Below, one piece after another: positions 41,571-50,620 of a stretch of 64,000 bases of DNA. The stretch lies in NCBI GenBank assembly GCA_026004495.1, contig BPJG01000001.1:496527-560526 (forward strand). The letters are read 5' to 3'. The stretch comes from Candidatus Parcubacteria bacterium (GTDB lineage: Bacteria > Patescibacteriota > Minisyncoccia > UBA6257 > HR35). Every line of letters starts with the position of its first letter. Within the stretch, counting starts at the first letter, position 1. The position numbers and the translations under genes are program-made. The notes beneath the pieces are model-generated. The model was given only the letters and a program-made list of their open reading frames with translations, ran no database searches and had not been told where the DNA came from.

Positions 41571-42227
41571 TTATAATTTTTCAAAATCAATGGTTATTAA
41601 AGTATTTGAAGATAACTTTTGAAAATTAAAATTTAATATCTCTTCAGAGCAAATTAAAATTATTTCATTATCTTGGTATAATCTTAAACTAAAATAATCT
41701 TCATTTTGGCTAAAAATAGAAATTAAATTTAATTTTTTTAAATTTAAATCAATTAGAATAACATTCATTCCTATGATTAATTTAGTTTTCTTAACTATAA
41801 TTTGATAAAAATTTTCCCAATAATTATTAATATCTTTATTATGTAATTGCTTAATTAAATTAAATAATTTTTGAGAACCAATCTTGCCCGAAATATTTAT
41901 TTTTACACCTCTTAATAATCCATTAAAAATAAAAATTAAACTATCATCAAAAAAGGGTTGATTAAATTCAATTTCATTTTTACTATTATGAGCCGAGCGA
42001 CTATGAGCTATCAACAATTTGTCATCTAAAAAATTTTTAAATAAATATTTTTCTTCCCAAATAGGATTAATTGATTTATAAAATTGTTTAGTAGTAATGA
42101 TACCCCACCCATCTTTTTGGCGATCGCCATCAGGAGTTAAACTCCTTTCACAAATATTAGCAAAATTTTCTAAAAAATAACTAATATCAATTTTCTTTTT
42201 TGAAATAACAGTTAATAATCTACACAT
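41571..42227 (-). CDS. class II glutamine amidotransferase-like Ntn hydrolase (YafJ/EgtC/Dug3-like)
   Basis: N-terminal MCRL (Cys2 nucleophile), DGWG, AHSR, NQPF, FNG, CSE. Confidence 0.85.
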   Translation of the reverse strand: MCRLLTVISKKKIDISYFLENFANICERSLTPDGDRQKDGWGIITTKQFYKSINPIWEEKYLFKNFLDDKLLIAHSRSAHNSKNEIEFNQPFFDDSLIFIFNGLLRGVKINISGKIGSQKLFNLIKQLHNKDINNYWENFYQIIVKKTKLIIGMNVILIDLNLKKLNLISIFSQNEDYFSLRLYQDNEIILICSEEILNFNFQKLSSNTLITIDFEKL

Positions 42228-43362
42228 TTTTTATAACTTCTTTAAATTTTTCGATAAAATAATCAATATCTTTCAAGCTAATAATATAAGGTGGTAGAAG
42301 GCGAATAACATTATCTCCAGCCGGTATCGTTAAAATAAAATTTTCTTGAAGTTTTTTAATTATTTCTGTTCTTTTATTATTTACTTCTATTCCAATCATT
42401 AATCCCTTTCCTCTTATATCTTTTAATAAAGGAGAATTAATTTCTTTTAATCTTTTTATTAAATAATCACCTTTTTCTTTTATTTTATTTAAAAAATCAT
42501 CATTTAATAATTCCGTGATTTTTAAAGCTACACTACAAGCCACTAAATTACCGCCAAAAGTTGAGGTATGAAAAAATTTAGGAAGACTTTTGGCTATTTC
42601 TTCTTTAACAATTACAGCACTTAGAGGAAAACCATTAGCAATACCCTTACCTAAGCAAATTATATCTGGAGATACTTCTTCCCATTGACTAGCTAAAAAT
42701 TTTCCTGTTCTTCCTAAACCTGTTTGAATTTCATCTATTATTAGAACAATTTTATTTTTTTGACATAATTTAGATAATTGCTCTAAATAACCAGTAGGTA
42801 GTAAATTTATACCTCCATCTCCTTGAATTGGTTCAATTATTATTACTCCTATTTGCTGATTAATATAACTTAATAATTCATCAAAATTTCCATAATCAAT
42901 AAAATCTACCTTAATTAAAATATCATTTAAATTTGTTTTGTATTTACTATTATAAGTTACCGAAAGTGAACCCAAGGTTTTACCGTGATAACTATTTTTC
43001 ATTGCAATAATTTTTGTTTTTTTAGAAAAATAAAGAGCAAATTTTAAAGCCGCATCTATTGCTTCAGCACCCGAATTCAAAAATAAAATTTTACCTTCAA
43101 TATTACATTTAGCTAATAATTTTTGAGCTAATTCATTTCTAATTGGATTGATAAAACTATTATGAAGATTAATTAGTTCATCTATTTGTTTATTGGCGAT
43201 TTTATTCAGTATATTATTTCGATAACCCAAAATATTAGCTCCATAATTTGACATCATATCTAAATATTTGTTACCATTTTGATCATATAAATAACATCCT
43301 TCACCTTTTATTATTTCTAGGCCTCGATTTAAATATAAATCAAGAAGATAATCTAGTTTCAT
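42220..43362 (-). CDS. lysJ: class III PLP aminotransferase, LysJ/ArgD family
   Basis: NSGAEA, YHGKT, EPIQGDGG, DEIQTGLGRTG, LGKGIANG, STFGGN, RLLPP. Confidence 0.85.
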   Translation of the reverse strand: MKLDYLLDLYLNRGLEIIKGEGCYLYDQNGNKYLDMMSNYGANILGYRNNILNKIANKQIDELINLHNSFINPIRNELAQKLLAKCNIEGKILFLNSGAEAIDAALKFALYFSKKTKIIAMKNSYHGKTLGSLSVTYNSKYKTNLNDILIKVDFIDYGNFDELLSYINQQIGVIIIEPIQGDGGINLLPTGYLEQLSKLCQKNKIVLIIDEIQTGLGRTGKFLASQWEEVSPDIICLGKGIANGFPLSAVIVKEEIAKSLPKFFHTSTFGGNLVACSVALKITELLNDDFLNKIKEKGDYLIKRLKEINSPLLKDIRGKGLMIGIEVNNKRTEIIKKLQENFILTIPAGDNVIRLLPPYIISLKDIDYFIEKFKEVIKNV

Positions 43363-44174
43363 TTATTAATAAAAGTTCCAATTTTTTTATTTAAGGCATC
43401 TTGAATGCAATTTTTTATCCTTCCATCGGTAATAAAAATTTCTGAATCAAAATTAGTTAAAATGTTTTTGATATTTAATAATTTTTTTTTGAAACCATAG
43501 GTTAAATTTTGATTTAAAAGTTTATCAATATCATTAAGATTAAAATTTCGAATAAGACTATTTTCGTCATTAATATTTTTTAAAATACCTGGCTTATCAA
43601 TTACCATTATAATTTTAGTTGGCTTATATTCTTTAGCTAAAAAATAAATTAATTGCTCATTATCAACATTGACTATTTCTCCTTCAGCTGTAATAACTGG
43701 CTGACTAATTACTAAAATAAACTTATTTTCTAGTAGCATATCAATAAGATTTTTATTTATTTCTATAACTTTTCCAGTTAAATTATTGTCAATCAATTTT
43801 ATTTTGCCATCAATTTTAGCAGTTAAAAATTTTTTTCTTTTAGCTATAATTAATTCACCATCAATTCCACTCAAACTAATAGCATTAATTTTTCTTTTTA
43901 TCAACAAACTAACGAATTTTTTACTAACTAAACCTGCATAGCTCATTAAAATTAAATCGATAATATTATTATCAGTAAAAACACTTTTATAACCACTTTC
44001 TGATTCAATAATTCTAATTTGAATATTTAATTTTTGAGCTAATTCATTTCTATACTGATTAGCACCGATAATTATTATAATTTTTTCATCACTATTTTTT
44101 ATCATATAACTAATATCATCGGCTAAGTATTCTAAATTTATATTTTTACTTCCTCCTATTTTTATTATTAACAT
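43359..44174 (-). CDS. lysZ: [LysW]-aminoadipate/glutamate kinase
   Basis: IKIGGS, SESGYKSVFTD, LSGIDG...AKRKK, TGKV, NVD. Confidence 0.87.
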   Translation of the reverse strand: MLIIKIGGSKNINLEYLADDISYMIKNSDEKIIIIIGANQYRNELAQKLNIQIRIIESESGYKSVFTDNNIIDLILMSYAGLVSKKFVSLLIKRKINAISLSGIDGELIIAKRKKFLTAKIDGKIKLIDNNLTGKVIEINKNLIDMLLENKFILVISQPVITAEGEIVNVDNEQLIYFLAKEYKPTKIIMVIDKPGILKNINDENSLIRNFNLNDIDKLLNQNLTYGFKKKLLNIKNILTNFDSEIFITDGRIKNCIQDALNKKIGTFINK

Positions 44175-44291
44175 TGAAAATAATTTTTTAAAAAGTTTAT
44201 AATAAATACTTTTCGAATTAATTAAATTTACGATTTTATTATTTAATTTTATTTTAGATTCTTTAATTAAAAAAATATTATAATTAAATTT

Positions 44292-45923
44292 TTAATTAAT
44301 TTTAAAAGGGAATAGGCTTTCTAAGGTTTCTTTTTTAAATTTATCCTCTACTATTTTATTAAGAGCTATAATTGATATTATATCTTCCTTGTCTAATTCT
44401 AGTTCAAGGGGTAATTTTATTCCTCCAAATAAATTCTCGTAGTCTTTTTTTATTATTTCTATTTTGGGATTAAAAAATATATCACTTATTTTATCGGGTA
44501 AACTTTCTTCAATTTCTTTAAAATTGCCATTTATATAATTTTCAAAAATGAACATTAATAATTTTCTAATAAAAATATTCTTTATTATTTTAAGATGCTT
44601 TTTATCTTGATTTTTTTCATTCCAGGTAATTATCCACTCTTCTAAACTTTTTTCTCCTTCTTCTTTTTTTCTAATTTCATTTATGATATTATCAACTTTT
44701 TCTTTTTCTTCTTTTAGGTGTTCAAAATAATTTATTTTTTCTAATAAACTAATAAATTTTTTACTATCTATTTTGATTTCTGAAAATATTTTATCTTTGT
44801 TTATTAAGAATTCTTTAGTTTTTAAATAAAAATCAACAACCCTAATCCTATTTCTAGTTTCTTGATTTACAGGACTTGATAAAGTTTCTTCTAGTCCCAT
44901 ATACTTTGCTGTGTAAAAAAATGGTTCTGAATTTCCAAATAAAAACCTTATTGTATCATTTTCTGTTTTGCCCTCGCTAGATATTTCAAAAATTCTAAAT
45001 CTTTCTTGAGGTTTTTCGGCCTCTAATAATTCTGGTAGACCTAATTTTTTTCTTAATTCGTTAAACTTGCCATATTCTGCGCCTATATGAACTAAATTTC
45101 CTAATATACATATGAGAACAATAAATTCATATGTTATGTCTTTAATCATTTTATTTTTTAAATCATCTAAATAATCTTTTGTAATGCCTAAATCTTCTAT
45201 AATATTTCTTAGGGTTTCGTAATTATCCAAAAGGACATCAGCTAATTGACTATTAATATCTGTAATATTTTGTATTTTTTCATTAATATTTTTGAAAGAA
45301 TTATAATAATCTTTCAAAATAGAAATAACAGTTTTTTGTGCTTCTTCAATAAAAATACCTCTTAAATTAATTTTTAAATTTGAAAGTTCTTTATTTAATA
45401 AAATTTCTAAATTTTCACTAATTTCTTTTTCCCATCCTTCGTTAGATAAATAATCCATTAATTCTAAATGAAAATCTAAAGAAGTTTTAAATTTTTTGTT
45501 TTTAAGAAAAGGTATAATATCACATAAAGAAAATCTAAAATTTCCTAAATATATAAAATCGGGTCTTTCTTGTTCATATTTTTGGTAATAAACTGGATAA
45601 TTAAATATTTTTTCATCATCATCTATAACTTGTTCAATTCTTTTAAAACCTAAATTTAAATAATCTATAGCTCTAGGTCTTAAATGAAGAGTAGTGCTTA
45701 TATATTTTATATTTTGATTACCTAAGATATTCCTAATTTTATTTTTAATATTTTCTAATTCTTCTTCCTTTATATTATACTTTTCCGATATGAATTTTAG
45801 ATCATTAGAAATGGCTTCTTTTCTATTTTCTAAAAAATATTTAAATTTTTCTAATTCTCTAGGATAATCAAATTTTTCTTCTTTATCTAATTTTTTTGTT
45901 TCATAATATTCTCTCTTTTTCAT
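44292..45923 (-). CDS. hypothetical protein
   Basis: 543-aa K/E-rich ORF; no motif recognised. Confidence 0.6.
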   Translation of the reverse strand: MKKREYYETKKLDKEEKFDYPRELEKFKYFLENRKEAISNDLKFISEKYNIKEEELENIKNKIRNILGNQNIKYISTTLHLRPRAIDYLNLGFKRIEQVIDDDEKIFNYPVYYQKYEQERPDFIYLGNFRFSLCDIIPFLKNKKFKTSLDFHLELMDYLSNEGWEKEISENLEILLNKELSNLKINLRGIFIEEAQKTVISILKDYYNSFKNINEKIQNITDINSQLADVLLDNYETLRNIIEDLGITKDYLDDLKNKMIKDITYEFIVLICILGNLVHIGAEYGKFNELRKKLGLPELLEAEKPQERFRIFEISSEGKTENDTIRFLFGNSEPFFYTAKYMGLEETLSSPVNQETRNRIRVVDFYLKTKEFLINKDKIFSEIKIDSKKFISLLEKINYFEHLKEEKEKVDNIINEIRKKEEGEKSLEEWIITWNEKNQDKKHLKIIKNIFIRKLLMFIFENYINGNFKEIEESLPDKISDIFFNPKIEIIKKDYENLFGGIKLPLELELDKEDIISIIALNKIVEDKFKKETLESLFPFKIN

Positions 45924-45932
45924 ATAAAAATT

Positions 45933-46880
45933 TTATAACAATTTTGAAAATAAATTAAATGAGTTTTTAAATAAAACATACGAAGGAACATTAAACTTCC
46001 TTAGACTTTCACTAAATTCTAAATAATTCTTAATTCCTTCATAATTTTCATTAAATTTAAATCCAAAAAAATCAGTTCCTATTGCTAAATTGTTTTTGAA
46101 TTCATTTTTTAAATGCCTAAAAGTTTTTAGCCAATTTATAAAATTAATTTCTCCATTAATATTTATTGAATAAGGCAGGCAAGTTAATCCAATTAACCCT
46201 CCTATGTCTTTTAATAATTTTAGGTTTTTTATATCCAAGTTTTGTTCAAAGTCGATTAATTCTTTAAATCCATTATGAGAGAAGATAACAGGCTTTTTAT
46301 AAATTTTTAAAATATCTCTGAATGTGTTTATAGATGAGTGAGCTAAATCTAATACAATTGGTAGTTTCTCTAATATTTTTATTAATTGCTTGCCTTCTTT
46401 TGTTAAACCCTTATTAGTTGTATTTTTTAATGAAGCAGAAAATTTTGTGTCTTCATTCCAATTTAATCCGAATACCCTTATACCTTTTTTATATAGTGAA
46501 TATATATCACTAATATTATTTAAAAAATTTAATCCTTCTGTACCCAAGATTAATCCTATATTTTTGGATTGTAAAACATCCTTTAAATCTCTTTTGTTAT
46601 ATATGATTTTAAATATCTTAAATCTATTTATCCATTTTAAGAATCTCTCTAATCTTTCCATAAATTGAGTAATATTTATAGGAACCCATTTATTATTTAT
46701 AAATTCAAAAGGAAAAATATTTACGACAGCAAATTTTAACCCTGATTTTAAAAATTGTGGTATATCACCATGCCTTTTTAATTCTAATATACTGAGATTT
46801 TTATATTTCATATTCAAAAATTTAGGGAACCTAAGATAAACTTCTATATCAAGATGTAAATCAAATATTACATTTTTCAT
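45933..46880 (-). CDS. membrane dipeptidase-like amidohydrolase (peptidase M19)
   Basis: DLHLD, GTEG, GLT..GK, LDLAH, FSH, IGTDF. Confidence 0.82.
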   Translation of the reverse strand: MKNVIFDLHLDIEVYLRFPKFLNMKYKNLSILELKRHGDIPQFLKSGLKFAVVNIFPFEFINNKWVPINITQFMERLERFLKWINRFKIFKIIYNKRDLKDVLQSKNIGLILGTEGLNFLNNISDIYSLYKKGIRVFGLNWNEDTKFSASLKNTTNKGLTKEGKQLIKILEKLPIVLDLAHSSINTFRDILKIYKKPVIFSHNGFKELIDFEQNLDIKNLKLLKDIGGLIGLTCLPYSININGEINFINWLKTFRHLKNEFKNNLAIGTDFFGFKFNENYEGIKNYLEFSESLRKFNVPSYVLFKNSFNLFSKLL

Positions 46881-47923
46881 GGAATTAATTTTAACTCTCT
46901 TTGAATATTTTCAAATTTTTCTCTTATCTCTACTCTAAGATTATGAAAATGAATACTTTCATTAACTTCTACCTCTAATTCTATAAGACTTTTAGGATCT
47001 AATTTCTTACCTAAGCTTTCTACTGATTCTTTTACAATTTCTCTTGCTACATCTTCACAAAATTGTTCTTTTATCAAAGCTTCTTTAATAAAATCAAACT
47101 CATCTTTACCGCTTAATAATTCTCTAGTAATTAAAACACTCTTATTCAAAATTTTATAAATTTCATTATGAGTTATATTATTTTTTAAATCTTCAATTAT
47201 TAACTTTGCCGTACCTAAATTAGTATGAGATCCAAAATTTAATGGATTAATTACTTTATAAATATCCTTATCAGATAAACCTAAACTTTTTAAATAATGA
47301 TAAGCTTCTCTTATACTCCATCTTTGAGGACAAGGGCAAGCATTCATAAATGGAACATCCATCCCTAATTTGTATCTAATTTCATCTTTATTTAAAAAAC
47401 CAATGGCTATAATTTTTATGTTTTCATGAGCTAATCTACCGGATGAATTTTTATCAATTAACTTTTCATAATTAAATACAATCTTTATAATACCAGTTTC
47501 TCTATTTTGTAATTCTGCTGCATATTTAATAAGATTTTTTAAATATTCTTTTAAATTAGTTCTACTAAACTGATATTTTTGCATAGCTTTTTCTATTCGA
47601 GACATATGTAAACCTCTCTGATTTTCTGGCAAATCAAAGAATATTTCAATATCTACTTCTGGTTCGATTATTTTATTTTTTTCAAAAATATCTTCAATTT
47701 GTATTTTATGTTTTCTGTTTGTTACTCCTACTTTTGGAAGTGGAAATAAAATTTTTGGAGTAGAAGCTGGTATATCTACAAAATTTTTTTCATCTATATT
47801 TTCAAAATTTTTTATACCTTTGACCTCTAATAGTGGTTGAAATTGGAATGTTGATACTACCTTTTGATTTTTTAAACTTCGAACTTTCAACGATTTTAAT
47901 GAACCAAAAATTTTGTTTATCAT
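46877..47923 (-). CDS. FolE2/MptA-family GTP cyclohydrolase
   Basis: KVGV, QRGLHMSR, NACPC, SHT, FCEDVAR, ESIH.HN. Confidence 0.85.
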   Translation of the reverse strand: MINKIFGSLKSLKVRSLKNQKVVSTFQFQPLLEVKGIKNFENIDEKNFVDIPASTPKILFPLPKVGVTNRKHKIQIEDIFEKNKIIEPEVDIEIFFDLPENQRGLHMSRIEKAMQKYQFSRTNLKEYLKNLIKYAAELQNRETGIIKIVFNYEKLIDKNSSGRLAHENIKIIAIGFLNKDEIRYKLGMDVPFMNACPCPQRWSIREAYHYLKSLGLSDKDIYKVINPLNFGSHTNLGTAKLIIEDLKNNITHNEIYKILNKSVLITRELLSGKDEFDFIKEALIKEQFCEDVAREIVKESVESLGKKLDPKSLIELEVEVNESIHFHNLRVEIREKFENIQRELKLIP

Positions 47924-47994
47924 TTTTAATTTTTATTTATAACTTTTAAGTATCAATAAAGAATAATAATCGACCAGTATATTTTTTTAATATA

Positions 47995-48030
47995 TAAAAT
48001 AAAAAGACCGGCTTTTGTGCCGGCTTCTTT
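47995..48030 (-). terminator. intrinsic terminator of the leader/attenuator
   Basis: Minus strand AAAGAAGCCGGC-ACAAAA-GCCGGTCTTTTT-ATTTT, a GC stem plus U-tract about 75 nt upstream of the folE2-like ATG. Confidence 0.75.
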
Positions 48031-48052
48031 AGATATTTTTTAAGATAACTAA

Positions 48053-48133
48053 TTATGCCGGCACTCTTCCGATTCTTAATAATAAATTAATAATTAAAAA
48101 TAAATTCCAATTTTTTATAATCTCACTTTTCAT
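48053..48133 (-). CDS. putative attenuator leader peptide MKSEIIKNWNLFLIINLLLRIGRVPA (26 aa)
   Basis: ORF starts 11 nt after a -10 box; its last codons (GTG CCG GCA) contain GTGCCGGC, complementary to GCCGGCAC in the terminator 5' arm and loop. Confidence 0.55.
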   Translation of the reverse strand: MKSEIIKNWNLFLIINLLLRIGRVPA

Positions 48134-48144
48134 TATTGTGAAAA

Positions 48145-48172
48145 ATTTTAAATTAAAAAAAATTTTTGTCAA
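48145..48172 (-). promoter_or_regulatory. sigma70 promoter for the leader/folE2-like transcript
   Basis: TTGACA-16 nt-TAAAAT on the minus strand. Confidence 0.6.
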
Positions 48173-48497
48173 GAGTTTTAACTATTAAAGTAAATGTTAA
48201 TAATGATTTTGAATTTTAAACCGACAATGGAAATTAATATTTTCTCTTTTAGGTTATTTATTAATTAAAGTTATTTCATTAAAATTATTTTTTAATATTT
48301 ATATTATTTTTTGTAATTTAATCTTTTCTTTTATTTTATTTTTTAAACCAGTTTTAAAAGGTGAAACTATTGGGATGATTTTAATTGCTTTATTTATGAT
48401 AATTTTTTATTATTTTTTGGGATTTAATTGTTTATCATAATTAAAAAATTTTTTTATGTTTATAAGTTAACATTATTAAAAAAAATTTTTTTTGGAT

Positions 48498-48721
48498 TAA
48501 AATGGCGGTATCTTTTGGACAAAATCCGAACCTATTTTGAACAAAATCCCGATGCCGAAATCTAACCTGTGCGTCCGCCTTCGGCGGACGCACACCCACC
48601 CACCGCCCAAAACGAGCAAGCGGACAAAAATTTCCCCCCAGATTCTCCCTTGTCTGCTAGTTGAATGATTGAATTAAACTTGGCAAAATTTTATTATAAT
48701 AAATATAACAATAATAAAGTT
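48498..48721 (+). repeat. repeat A copy 1 (224 bp), inverted relative to 50174-50397
   Basis: Hand alignment gives 5 mismatches in 224; contains the perfect hairpin TGTGCGTCCGCC-TTC-GGCGGACGCACA (48568-48594). Confidence 0.93.
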
Positions 48722-48905
48722 GTGGCGGAAAAAATAGATTGATAGCGTCTCTCATTCTATAAATTTCAGGTGCAGTATTAAAACATTACCTAAATCAATA
48801 TCATGGAAAAATGGAGCAAAACTTTGTAATTCTTTTGGTATTTTTTGCTTCTTCATGGTTTTTTAAAAAAGAAATGCTGGAGTTGTTGAAATAACCCCAC
48901 CCCGT

Positions 48906-49898
48906 TTAATCGAATCGCAGGACTTTCCTGACTTCGCTAAGGGTTTCGATGGCGTTTTCTCTAGCCACCTTAGCCCCCTCTTCCAGGGCGGAAGAAATGT
49001 ACGACGGGTCGTGCAAAATCTCAGCCCTCTTCTCCTGAAACTCACTGAGGAAGTTCTGAACGATGCGAGTCAGAATTTGTTTAAACTGACCCATTACTGG
49101 TTTGCCACTCTTATGTTCCTGGATAACGGCATCCACCTCATCGCGTTCCGATTGGGTTTTTGCCAGCCCCTTGGCAATTAAGATATGGCTTTCCAGTTTC
49201 TCGTTCATTACTCCCTCAAATGCAGTCTCAGCGGCTTTGATCTTGTTGGCAACCGTCTTTAGGTCATCCGTCAGGAAAATAGCACCGCCAGGATTACTTT
49301 TGCTCATCTTGCCCTTTCCTCTCAGGGCAAGAATACGTAGCGACTTAACCTGCAACACCTGAGGAATTGGAAAAATCTCCCCGTACTTCTTGTTGAACCT
49401 GCGAGCGAGGAGACGCGTAACCTCCATGTGTGCGAGCTGATCTTCTCCCACCGGTACCCTTTTGGCTCTGTTCAACAAGATGTCAGCAGCCATTAGTACC
49501 GGATAAAGAAGAAGGAGGGCATTAGCAGTTTCCGGCCGTGCGTTGTTCTTGAGCTTATCCTTGAGAGTCGGTACTCTCAAGAGTTCAGCCACAGAAACAA
49601 GCCTAGACAGAATCGCGGTAAGCGTTGTTACCTCTCCCGCTATATCCGATTGGAGATAGATCTTCGCTTTCTGCGGATCAACTCCAAGCGCGATGTAGTC
49701 AGCTACGACTCCGTGGATGTACTGCCTCACAGTATCCGGTTCGTTGTCCGTGATCGCGTGCAAATCGGCAACGAACACAACCGGAGACACGCCCTGTGTT
49801 TGAAGTTCAACAATGGGAGCTACTGCCCCCAGGTAGTTGGCGACGGTCAAGTCGCCAGTGGGCCTGATGCCCGTCAGTAACTCAACCTTGTAATCCAT
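48906..49898 (-). CDS. trpS: tryptophan--tRNA ligase (foreign, about 50% GC)
   Basis: TGIRPTG.LTVANY (HIGH-equivalent), ADLHA, YPVLMAADIL, VPVGEDQ..H.E, KMSKS. Start set at ATG 49898, which follows AAGGAGG. Confidence 0.93.
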   Translation of the reverse strand: MDYKVELLTGIRPTGDLTVANYLGAVAPIVELQTQGVSPVVFVADLHAITDNEPDTVRQYIHGVVADYIALGVDPQKAKIYLQSDIAGEVTTLTAILSRLVSVAELLRVPTLKDKLKNNARPETANALLLLYPVLMAADILLNRAKRVPVGEDQLAHMEVTRLLARRFNKKYGEIFPIPQVLQVKSLRILALRGKGKMSKSNPGGAIFLTDDLKTVANKIKAAETAFEGVMNEKLESHILIAKGLAKTQSERDEVDAVIQEHKSGKPVMGQFKQILTRIVQNFLSEFQEKRAEILHDPSYISSALEEGAKVARENAIETLSEVRKVLRFD

Positions 49899-50023
49899 GG
49901 TAGACGCCTCCTTTTTTAGGGTACTATCCATACTATAATCCTTTTTCCATTTTTTGCCAAGATCATATGTCATATCTATTTTTGTTTGATTACACTAATA
50001 ACGACCGTGTCTTTTATGTCTAA

Positions 50024-50158
50024 TTATATTCTAAACGTTGGCCTAAAAGGTTTTAATATACCCTTAACATCATAACATCTCAAAACCATACTGGAAACTC
50101 CGAATATTTTGGATACCTGTTTTATTGTCAGTAATTCTGGGAATCTTTCTGATTCCAT
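50024..50158 (-). CDS. short MerR/excisionase-like HTH protein, probably truncated
   Basis: MESERFPELLTIKQVSKIFGVSSMVLRCYDVKGILKPFR; the 5' extension in the ORF track lies within repeat A. Confidence 0.6.
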   Translation of the reverse strand: MESERFPELLTIKQVSKIFGVSSMVLRCYDVKGILKPFRPTFRI

Positions 50159-50173
50159 AATCGCTTGCTCTAA

Positions 50174-50397
50174 AACTTTATTATTTTTATATTTATTATA
50201 ATAAAATTTTGCCAAGTTTAATTCAACCATTCAACTAGCAGACAAGGGAGAATCTGGGGGGAAATTTTTGTCCGCTTGCTCGTTTTGGGCGGTGGGTGGG
50301 TGTGCGTCCGCCGAAGGCGGACGCATAGGTTAGATTTCGGCATCGGGATTTTATTCAAAAAAGGTTCGGATTTTGTCCAAAAGATACCGCCATTTTA
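50174..50397 (-). repeat. repeat A copy 2 (inverted)
   Basis: Reverse complement of 48498-48721. Confidence 0.93.
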
Positions 50398-50521
50398 CGA
50401 TTTCAGAGCTTTGAGAAGTTCTTGCCTCGCCTTCGCTTCGCTCGGGCTCGGCAAAAGCCACGATTTTATACGGATTTTTGAAATAAAAAAAACAATTTCT
50501 GCCCGCTCAAAAGAAAGTTCG
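50387..50521 (-). repeat. repeat B copy 1 (135 bp), inverted relative to 52001-52135; shares the 11-bp core with repeat A copy 2
   Basis: Hand alignment gives about 8 mismatches in 135 and no indels. Confidence 0.92.
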
Positions 50522-50620
50522 CCGTGCGAAGCACGGGCAAAATAAAATTTTGCAAAACAATCTTTTTTCTCTCGCTTCTGGCGAAAAGCAAAGCGATAAT
50601 TTAATTTTGGTAAAACAAAT

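Noticed and set aside
48190-48441. Possible membrane protein ORF on the + strand (..GETIGMILIALFMIIFYYFLG..)
   Set aside because: Broken by stops in all frames; hydrophobicity follows from T richness. At most an unidentifiable remnant.
48723-48730. TGGCGGAA just after repeat A, resembling the att core / tRNA end
   Set aside because: Only an 8-bp match; cannot be distinguished from chance.
48863-49880. ORFs 48863..49045, 49102..49362 and 49650..49880
   Set aside because: Overlap the GC-rich trpS; stop-poor frames are expected at this GC content.
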